Assembly: GCA_021155985.1 (NCBI GenBank)
Contig: JAJNBA010000002.1
Span: 1,288-65,287, forward strand
Origin: Actinomycetes bacterium
Lineage (GTDB): Bacteria; Actinomycetota; UBA4738; HRBIN12
Reading direction: 5' to 3'
DNA length: 64,000 nucleotides
Numbering within the stretch: the stretch's first letter is position 1; every line of letters starts with the position of its first letter. Shown here in pieces: positions 26,954-34,098 of this stretch. Below the pieces are notes generated by a model, which did no database searches, was not told the DNA's origin, and was given only the letters and a program-made list of their open reading frames with translations. A program made the translations under genes and the position numbers.

Positions 26954-29083
26954 ATGTCTCGACGGTGGACCGGGCGAGGCGGCGGCCTCGCCATCGGATG
27001 TCTCGTTTCCGCGATCACCCTGCTCGGATCCTCGGCGCCAAGAGCCTTCGCGGATACGTCTCCGATCAACGCCGTTACCACCACTGTCGACACAACGGCC
27101 GACGATGCGATCGTCGCCGTCGACGAAACGGTGACCAGCGACATCGCCGACGCGGCCCAAGAGACGTCGCAAGAGACGTCGGTGGATGCATCCATCGAAG
27201 CCACCACCGATCACGCAGCTGAAACCCCCGATACGACAAGCGTTGACACGTCTGCGACGGGAACGACGGTCGCAGCTCCCGACGTCCTCTCCGAAGCCGC
27301 CGGAACCGACGTGGTTCCTGACGGGACGTCCGAAGCTTCGGTCGGTGGGACGGACACCGATACGCCCCAAGAAGTGCCGCAAACGGTCGAGGTGACGCCC
27401 GCGGACGTGATCTCGGCCGGTGCGACAGCCGACGAGGATGCCGCCACCGACGCGATCGCGGCTACCCTCGACAGCGCGACCGAAACGACACATGACAGGA
27501 TCGACGTCGGCTCGGATGCCGTGGCCGACGCGACCGACACGATCTCGGATGAGGGCACGACGGACGAGCAGTCGTCCTCAGTCGCGATCGTCGCGGCATC
27601 CGAGACCACCTCCGACGTGGTCGCGATGATCGCGGATACGTCGACCGACGAGCCCGATGTGGTTGCGACAGAGGCGACGGAGGTCGCGGCAGCGATCGGC
27701 GACGCGACGGTGGCGGCCGTGTCGATGGTCGAGAACCTGGCCACGGTCGTGGACACGGCGACCGGTTCGGCTGCCGACCTGACACCTGAGATCGCATCGG
27801 AGATCACAACCCTCCGTGATACGGCATCGGACGCGGCAGTCGCCGTCGTGGAGACGGTCTCTGATACCGCGGGGATGATGACCGACGTATCGGCAGAGGC
27901 GACGATGATCACCCAGGCGACCGCCCAGACAGTGGTCAGGGAAGCATCAGCGACCATCGTCGAGGCGTCCGCGGCGATCGTCGACGAGGCCGTGGACGCG
28001 ACGGTAGATCTCGAAGGGTCATCCGAGATCTCGTCCGACGTGGGATCGATGATCCCGCTCGCGACGACGGTATCCAGCACGATCACTGACGCGATCTGGG
28101 CGACGTTCGAGACCGTCACAACAGAGTCGTCGTCCCTCGATTCCAACGTGGCACCCCTGGAGACGGTCACGGATACGACGGCGATCGCCGCCGACGCCCT
28201 CACCTCGGCGTTCGATGCAACGACAGAGGTCATCGCAGGCGTCGAAGAAATACTGGTGTTCGCCGGCCTGGCCGCTCAGACCCTCGTCGACTCCACCACG
28301 ACGACTGTCGATACGACGACCGATATCACCGCACCCATCGGTGAGACAGCAACCGAGGCGTCGGTGACCCTCTCAGGCACAACGGTTGACAAGCTCTCCG
28401 AGACCACGGAGATCACGATCGAACCCGTGACCGAGGTCTTCGGCGAGGGTGACCAAGTCGTCGGGTTGGCATCGGAGATCACGTCCGACACGGTCGGAAC
28501 GGGACCCGCCGGAATCTCCGACGCCGCGACGACCCTCTCGGAGGCGGCATCCGCCGTGGTCGCGGCGATCGGCGGCGATGGCGCACTCGCCGATCCGACG
28601 GCGGTCCTGAACGAGGCGACGGAGACCGTGGCGTCCGATCTCGTCCCGGCGAGCCTCGGGAGCACCGATGAGGCTTCCGAGGGCGCGATCTCGGGACCGA
28701 TGACGCTCGGCCGGAGCATCCAGGGAGGGAGGTCGCCGATGCGGAACGAGCGGCTCCTCAGCGTGAACCGAAGCCAGACCGAGGGCGAGCGGTTCCAAGG
28801 GACCGAGCCGGTGGCTCCGTGCGGGGATGCGTCGAGCCTGGACTGCGCGTTGACGGGGGGTGCCGATGGGATCGACTCCCTCGTCGAGTCGGTCGCCTCG
28901 ATCATCAGGATCCTGGCGCTCACCGGCCTCACATTCCTTCCGTGGGTCGCAGCCGCTGGCATGCTGGCCTTCCTGGGCGGGCTCGCGCTCGCGGCGTCGA
29001 GACGACGACGCGCTGCCGGATCGCTCCCAGAGGCAGCCCTCCCGCGCGGGAGCCACGTGAAGGACGCCTGGGCATACTCGTAG
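26954..29083 (+). CDS. very acidic Thr/Ala/Asp/Glu/Ser/Val-rich secreted protein with a C-terminal LALTG + TM + RRRR sorting-like signal
   Basis: GAGGGAGGG precedes the ATG. Signal peptide ...LLGSSAPRAFA. About 560 residues are nearly free of Lys/Arg. The C-terminus reads ILALTGLTFLPWVAAAGMLAFLGGLALAASRRRR. Confidence 0.7.
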   Translation: MSRRWTGRGGGLAIGCLVSAITLLGSSAPRAFADTSPINAVTTTVDTTADDAIVAVDETVTSDIADAAQETSQETSVDASIEATTDHAAETPDTTSVDTSATGTTVAAPDVLSEAAGTDVVPDGTSEASVGGTDTDTPQEVPQTVEVTPADVISAGATADEDAATDAIAATLDSATETTHDRIDVGSDAVADATDTISDEGTTDEQSSSVAIVAASETTSDVVAMIADTSTDEPDVVATEATEVAAAIGDATVAAVSMVENLATVVDTATGSAADLTPEIASEITTLRDTASDAAVAVVETVSDTAGMMTDVSAEATMITQATAQTVVREASATIVEASAAIVDEAVDATVDLEGSSEISSDVGSMIPLATTVSSTITDAIWATFETVTTESSSLDSNVAPLETVTDTTAIAADALTSAFDATTEVIAGVEEILVFAGLAAQTLVDSTTTTVDTTTDITAPIGETATEASVTLSGTTVDKLSETTEITIEPVTEVFGEGDQVVGLASEITSDTVGTGPAGISDAATTLSEAASAVVAAIGGDGALADPTAVLNEATETVASDLVPASLGSTDEASEGAISGPMTLGRSIQGGRSPMRNERLLSVNRSQTEGERFQGTEPVAPCGDASSLDCALTGGADGIDSLVESVASIIRILALTGLTFLPWVAAAGMLAFLGGLALAASRRRRAAGSLPEAALPRGSHVKDAWAYS

Positions 29084-29179
29084 TCGGGCGAGACGAACCA
29101 GGCGGGGAGGGGATCCCAACCACGAGCCTCGCGCCGCCGCTGCGAGGCACGACATGGGGATCGCCTCTCGGAGGAAGTC

Positions 29180-29959
29180 GTGAAACTCATCACGTGGAAC
29201 GTGAACTCCGTGAAGTCGCGACTCGCCCGAACGAAGGAGCTCCTCCTCCGGCACCGTCCAGACGTGTTGGCCCTGCAGGAGTTGAAGGTCTCGGACGAGG
29301 TCTTCCCGTCATCCGAGTTCCAGGAGCTCGGCTACCGGACGGCGGTGCACGGCCAATCCGGCCGGAACGGGGTCGCGCTGCTGTCCCGACGATCGATGAC
29401 GGATGTTGCGGAGGGCTTCGCCGGCGATCCCGTCCCCGATCAAGCCCGCGTGGTGGCAGCAACGGTCGACGGCATCCGTGTCGTGAACCTGTACGTCGTG
29501 AACGGTCGAGCGGTTGGGACGAGCGACTACGAGCTGAAGCTCCGATGGCTGGACGCCCTCGGAGCGTGGATCCGCGCTGAGCACGATCCGAGGGATCCGC
29601 TCCTCATCGTGGGGGACTTCAACGTCGCTCCCGATGATCGGGATGTGCACGACCCAGTGCTCTGGCGAGGTTCCAACCTCTGCAGCGAGGCCGAGCGGGA
29701 ACGGATCGGGTCGCTCCTCGACTGGGGGCTGGTCGATCTCCTACGCCTGCAGAGCGCAGGCCCCGGGCCGTTCACGTGGTGGGACTACAGAGCGGGAGCG
29801 TTCCACCGCGGCTGGGGGCTCCGGATCGACCTCGCGCTGGGGACGCCGGCGGTCGCGGAGCGTTGCACCGAGGTGCTCGTGGATCGGGACGAACGCAAAC
29901 CCACGTCCGGCGAGGGCAAGCCAAGCGATCACGCCCCGCTCGTCGTGAACCTCAGGTGA
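29180..29959 (+). CDS. xthA: exodeoxyribonuclease III
   Basis: GTG after GGAGGAAG. (V)KLITWNVNSVKSRL...VLALQELK...GDFNVAP...WDYR...RIDL...SDHAPLVV. Confidence 0.9.
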   Translation: MKLITWNVNSVKSRLARTKELLLRHRPDVLALQELKVSDEVFPSSEFQELGYRTAVHGQSGRNGVALLSRRSMTDVAEGFAGDPVPDQARVVAATVDGIRVVNLYVVNGRAVGTSDYELKLRWLDALGAWIRAEHDPRDPLLIVGDFNVAPDDRDVHDPVLWRGSNLCSEAERERIGSLLDWGLVDLLRLQSAGPGPFTWWDYRAGAFHRGWGLRIDLALGTPAVAERCTEVLVDRDERKPTSGEGKPSDHAPLVVNLR

Positions 29960-30029
29960 CGCGAAGACCTGCCGACGTTGGCGCATGCGCCTTCCGGACT
30001 GCACCGAGGCGATCCACGGATGGCTTCGG

Positions 30030-30116
30030 CGGGAGGAGTGGGATTCGAACCCACGAGCGAGTTGCCCCGCTAACGGTTTTCAAGACCGTCGCCTTCGTCC
30101 TCTCGGCCATCCTCCC
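30030..30116 (-). tRNA. tRNA-Ser (anticodon TGA)
   Basis: 87 nt. Acceptor GGGAGGA/TCCTCCC, anticodon arm ACGGT-CTTGAAA-ACCGT, long variable arm, T-arm GTGGGTTCGAATCCCAC. Confidence 0.9.
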
Positions 30117-30468
30117 GGGCGCACTCTACCTGCGGAAACGCCCCGCCTAGGCGACCGAGGGCGCTCCGTTGCCGCCAATCTGGCGGTGCTTCTCCTGGGC
30201 GGGTGGACTTTGGCCCGCTCGGACGAGCATTGGTAGGGCCCTTCGCTCGAGTCGTCGCGACCGCCTAGCCTTCCCCCTTGCTGGCGTCCGGTCCTCCGGC
30301 ATCGTCGCGTGCTTCACCACTCCCGCTCGGGCCAGCTCTTCCATCACCATCATCCCGCCCGGCTGAACTCCTTTGACGATCGGACGGAGAAATCGACTCG
30401 GAGTCGGTTAGGTCCTTTGCTGTCGCGGGTAGTGCTTCGGAACAACTCGACCAGTGGAGGGACTGGAT

Positions 30469-30786
30469 ATGACCGATACGAGCACGAAGGTTCAACACGC
30501 AACCGGCTCAGCCAAGGAAGCGGCCGCAGCAGACGTGATGGACCTGACCGAGGGGCGGGAGGACATTCCGACTCCCATGCGGGCGGTCAAGAACCTCGGC
30601 ATCACCTCCGGCATGGCATACACCGCAGGGGTTGCCTCGATCTTCCTGAGCCTCGCGATGTGGTTCTTCCGACGGGGTGGGAACCGCGATACGGCGGAGC
30701 GGCTCGCGATCTTCGTGGGACTGTGGCCGCCCACGTTCATGGCGATCGGCAAGGCTCTTGAGGGGTACGAGCACCCGGGGCGCTAA
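30469..30786 (+). CDS. small membrane protein (hypothetical)
   Basis: ATG 30469 lies 8 nt after GGAGGG. Two hydrophobic segments: GVASIFLSLAMWFF and LAIFVGLWPPTFMAIG. Confidence 0.5.
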   Translation: MTDTSTKVQHATGSAKEAAAADVMDLTEGREDIPTPMRAVKNLGITSGMAYTAGVASIFLSLAMWFFRRGGNRDTAERLAIFVGLWPPTFMAIGKALEGYEHPGR

Positions 30787-30921
30787 CAGGCTTCAGTTGC
30801 TCGAGCCCCGCGACGTGCGTCGCGGATCGCGCCAATCGCCGGGGCGCGCGCGTGGGGTCCGATCGCAAGTGTTCGTTCGAAAGCACAGTTGGAACACGGC
30901 TGGATGGGGATAGGAGGGATC

Positions 30922-31608
30922 ATGACGAAGCGCATCATCGGCCTCGCCGTCGCAGTAGCGACGACGATGGCCTTCGCGGGAACGGCTTCCGCGCAAGCGT
31001 CTGACCCGCGTGAGTTCACGCTCAACGTGGTGCACGGCATCCCGGGAGTGGTCGTCGATGTCTGCGTGAACGGCGAGAAGGCGATCACCGACTTCGAGCC
31101 TGGTGAGGTGGTTACCGACGTCAAGCTGCCCGAAGGGACCTACGAGCTGGAGGTCACGCCCGCCGGCGAGCCCTGCAGCGCTTCGATCCTAGAGGTCACG
31201 GCCGAGCTCGAGGGCGGTCGGTTCCGGAACTACACCGTGGTGGCGAACCTCGATGACGCAGGCACCCCGAACCTGCTCCTCTTCCGGAACCCCATGCGGA
31301 AGACAGCGGCGGGCGAGGCCCGGCTGGTGGTGCGGCACACCGCGGATGCTCCCGCTGTGACCGTGTGGGCAGACGGCTCGCGGCTCAACCGAGGACAGCA
31401 GTTCGTGTGGGGCGAGTCACGGCGTTTCAACGTGCCGGAAGGTGAGTACGAGGTCTTCGTATCGCTCGCCGGTCGAACTGATCCCGTGATCGGCCCCGTG
31501 GACCTTTCCCTGATGGCCGGGTTCACCTACCAGGTCTACGCGTGGGGGAACGCGGAAGCCGGCTACAGCCTTGCGGTGATCCCCGTGGAGGTTGGCCAGG
31601 AGCAGTGA
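30922..31608 (+). CDS. secreted DUF4397 domain protein
   Basis: ATG after AGGAGGG. Signal peptide MTKRIIGLAVAVATTMAFAGTASA. Repeated ...VHG.P....VDV.vnG......f..g.....v.lPeGtYe..v motif, typical of DUF4397. Confidence 0.75.
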   Translation: MTKRIIGLAVAVATTMAFAGTASAQASDPREFTLNVVHGIPGVVVDVCVNGEKAITDFEPGEVVTDVKLPEGTYELEVTPAGEPCSASILEVTAELEGGRFRNYTVVANLDDAGTPNLLLFRNPMRKTAAGEARLVVRHTADAPAVTVWADGSRLNRGQQFVWGESRRFNVPEGEYEVFVSLAGRTDPVIGPVDLSLMAGFTYQVYAWGNAEAGYSLAVIPVEVGQEQ

Positions 31609-31801
31609 CCAGCGCTCGATCGGTAGTGGAGCGGACGGTGACATTCGGTCGCCGTCCCCTCCGCTCTCCCGTTGTGCTGGGAGGCCGGTGGACCCCCCCG
31701 ATTCGCAGTAGCACAAGTCAATGTGGTGATGCGGGCAGCAACGCTTTCCAGCGCGGCGTGGCCATCATTCTCGATCGGCCGAACGCTCGGTTGTGGCCGC
31801 G

Positions 31802-32018
31802 ATGGCAAGCCTCCCCTTCGTGATGGCGATGTTCCGCAAGATGCTGGAGGAGGATCGGACGCGGGCGGGCTGGTCGGTGGGGCAGGCCGCGTGGCGCCCC
31901 GGCATGAGCATCCGCGAATATCGGGGGCTCGAGGCCGGCGAGCGCACGGCCGAGCTGGGAGACGATCCACCGGATCTGCGAGCTGTACGGCTGGCCGCAG
32001 ACGTTCCTCCGGCGCTAG
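31802..32018 (+). pseudogene. XRE-like HTH module, copy 1 (apparent frameshift)
   Basis: MASLPFVMAMFRKMLEEDRTRAGWSVGQAAWRPGMSIREYRGLEAGE. The conserved C-terminal part ARPSWETIHRICELYGWPQTFLRR* is readable only in the next frame. Confidence 0.4.
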
Positions 32019-32267
32019 ATGACTGCGTCCGGAGCGGTTGTGCCACACACCGAACAGGTGAACTTCCCTGACCTTCTCATGAGCGAGCCACCTAGTGTCG
32101 GCAAGGCGAGGAGCCAGTCAGTAATCTCGGCCGCGCTGCTACGAAGGTTCGATCCTGACGACAGGTGGGGAATAGGCAATAGAGGGTCGTGTGCCTTCCG
32201 CTGCTCATGGACCCCTTCTCCATGGCCGAGTTTCCCACCAACCCACCCGGTCGAATCATCGTCGTCG

Positions 32268-32479
32268 ATGGCTAGCCTTCCGTTGTGGTGGCGATGCTCC
32301 CCGCGATGCTTGAGCTCGCGTGCAGGCTGGTCGGTAGAGCTGGCGGCGCGGCGTCTCCGCGTGAGCATCCCCGAGGCCGGGAGCTCGAGGCCGGCGAGCG
32401 GTGGCCGAACTTCGACACGTGGGATCGGATCTGCAAGTCGTTCGGCTGGCCGCAGACCTTCACCGCGTCCTCGGGGTGA
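32268..32479 (+). pseudogene. XRE-like HTH module, copy 2 (two compensating frame changes relative to copy 1)
   Basis: The DNA is homologous to copy 1. RAGWSVELAARRLRVSIPE is in one frame, while VAMLPAMLELA... and ...RELEAGERWPNFDTWDRICKSFGWPQTF are in another (track ORF 32285..32479). Confidence 0.4.
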
Positions 32480-32530
32480 CCGAGAAGGTTCACGCGGCGT
32501 TCATCCGGGTCAGGTACTGTCCCGGCCGAG

Positions 32531-33139
32531 ATGGAGTTGACGGGCGCTGGGAAGAGGCTCGCAGCGGAGTTCGCCGGGATCTTCTCGGCGGAGACGGTGG
32601 AAGAAGTCCTGCATGACTCCGCGTTGAGGTGGATGGATGCGCCGATCCAGGTTCACGTCCCGATCCTCGCGGAGAGGTTCTCGAGGGAGAGGCTGAGGGC
32701 CGTGGCTCAGGCAGGAGGGCAGATCGTGAAGGACGTGCCCGAGGTTCTCTTCGTCTGTGTTCACAACGCAGGTAGGAGTCAGATGGCCGCCGCGCTCCTT
32801 GACCACCACGCGGGAGGCAAGGTGCACGTACGGTCGGCGGGGAGCACCCCGGCCGACGAGATCAATCCTGCCGTCGTTGCCGCGATGGAGGAGATCGGGC
32901 TCGACCTCTCGAAGGAGTTCCCGAAGCCCCTCACCACCGAGGTCGTCGAAGCAGCGGATGTCGTGGTGACGATGGGCTGCGGAGACGCCTGCCCGATCTT
33001 CCCTGGGAAGCGCTACCTCGATTGGGAGTTGACGGATCCATCCGGGAAATCCGTCGACGAGGTCCGATCTATCCGGGACGAGATCGACGCTCGGGTTCGG
33101 GTGCTGCTCGCCGAGCTCATGCCCACGCCGACCTCGTAG
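32531..33139 (+). CDS. low-molecular-weight phosphatase / arsenate reductase family protein with a ~70-aa N-terminal helical extension
   Basis: LFVCVHNAGRSQMAAALL (CX5R P-loop)...VRSAGS...VVTMGCGDACP...WELTDPSG. Confidence 0.8.
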   Translation: MELTGAGKRLAAEFAGIFSAETVEEVLHDSALRWMDAPIQVHVPILAERFSRERLRAVAQAGGQIVKDVPEVLFVCVHNAGRSQMAAALLDHHAGGKVHVRSAGSTPADEINPAVVAAMEEIGLDLSKEFPKPLTTEVVEAADVVVTMGCGDACPIFPGKRYLDWELTDPSGKSVDEVRSIRDEIDARVRVLLAELMPTPTS

Positions 33140-33686
33140 CGCTGCGTAGGAATCCGTTGATGCTGGACGTGGGCGAGCGAGTGGTCGCTGCACTGGGCAC
33201 ACCAGCGCGCTAGAACTGCTCGACGTTCTGGAGCGATCCAACGCCGACCGCGCCCCGCTGATCGGCCGGCTGCACCTTTGCGATGACGCCCAGCGCTGGC
33301 CGAGCTCTCATGGACCTCGAGGAGGACGACGTGGGCGAGATCGCTCGGTTGCGGCTCGTGGACGGGCTACGCAGGGAGCCAGGCTCCGTCTCACCAGGCG
33401 TCTAACGGACGCGGCAACATGGAAGACCAGAAGACGTACCAGGTGGCACGTCGTGGAGACGTACGAGCATGGGGCCCGACGAACCAGAACGCTATGGATC
33501 ACACGGAGCGGGGTTGAGGGGCCTAGCGCCAAGTAAGGGCACAGCTTTCGGCGGCGCGCGTGAGCTTGCCGCCAAACTGCCGCCATCGGGGGTCAATCGC
33601 AGGGTGCATCCGACTGAGCCAGAGTGAGCGACCTGCCCAGTGACCTGCGCCAATGGGCGCGAGGCTCAGCTGGTCGACGCACCAAG

Positions 33687-33731
33687 ACGGTTTTCAAGAC
33701 CGTCGCCTTCGTCCGCTCGGCCATCCTCCCG
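33687..33731 (-). pseudogene. tRNA-Ser(TGA) 5'-half fragment (acceptor 5' strand through the anticodon arm)
   Basis: 44 of 45 nt are identical to 30073..30117. There is no variable arm, T-arm or 3' acceptor downstream. Confidence 0.75.
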
Positions 33732-33792
33732 CAGCACAGGCTACCCGCGGCTCGGTGGACTCCGTCGATGTCATGCGGCTGCAGAACCGCGC

Positions 33793-34029
33793 CTACGTGT
33801 GACGGCACACGACTTCCGCACCCGCAGCGCCGTTCACGTCGTGCTCCTCTCTGAGCTTCAGCTCGACTCCTACCACGATGAGCACAAGGCTGAGGAGACC
33901 CGCGCCGCCCAGGAGGATGACCCTGGTTCGCGACCTCTCGCGGCCCACGAGGTAGGCGACCAGGGCGATACCGGCGAGAACGAGTCCTGCAGCTCCGATG
34001 TACACGCCGGGCGAGCAAGCAGTGCCCAC
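33793..34029 (-). CDS. small two-TM membrane protein (hypothetical)
   Basis: GTG 34029 after GGGAGGGGAG. VGTACSPGVYIGAAGLVLAGIALVAYLVGRERSRTRVILLGGAGLLSLVLIVVGVEL.... This is the tail of the track ORF 33793..35619, the rest of which is antisense noise. Confidence 0.45.
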   Translation of the reverse strand: MGTACSPGVYIGAAGLVLAGIALVAYLVGRERSRTRVILLGGAGLLSLVLIVVGVELKLREEHDVNGAAGAEVVCRHT

Positions 34030-34098
34030 GTTCTCCCCTCCCGCGGGGAGCCTAGTCAGCCCTGGAGTGGGAGATGCCGGCCGGGGTACCCTGGCTCG

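Larger units (their letters stand above)
30118..33686. mobile_element. possible decayed integrated element bounded by tRNA-Ser(TGA) and a 45-nt copy of its 5' half
   Basis: Direct repeat 30073..30117 versus 33687..33731 (44 of 45 identical). The interior has lower-GC stretches, decayed XRE-like modules and a ~550-bp ORF-free tail. No integrase is recognisable. Confidence 0.3.

Noticed and set aside
27211-28233. 340-aa - strand ORF (S/V/A/T-rich) inside the acidic protein gene.
   Set aside because: The + strand ORF has an SD, a signal peptide and a C-terminal anchor, and it spans the whole region. The antisense ORF has none of these. Strand-specific expression data would settle it.
33600-33731. 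A second complete tRNA-Ser gene.
   Set aside because: Only the 5' acceptor strand, D-arm and anticodon arm are present. Downstream sequence lacks a GTTCRA T-loop and a complementary 3' acceptor strand. It is called a fragment.
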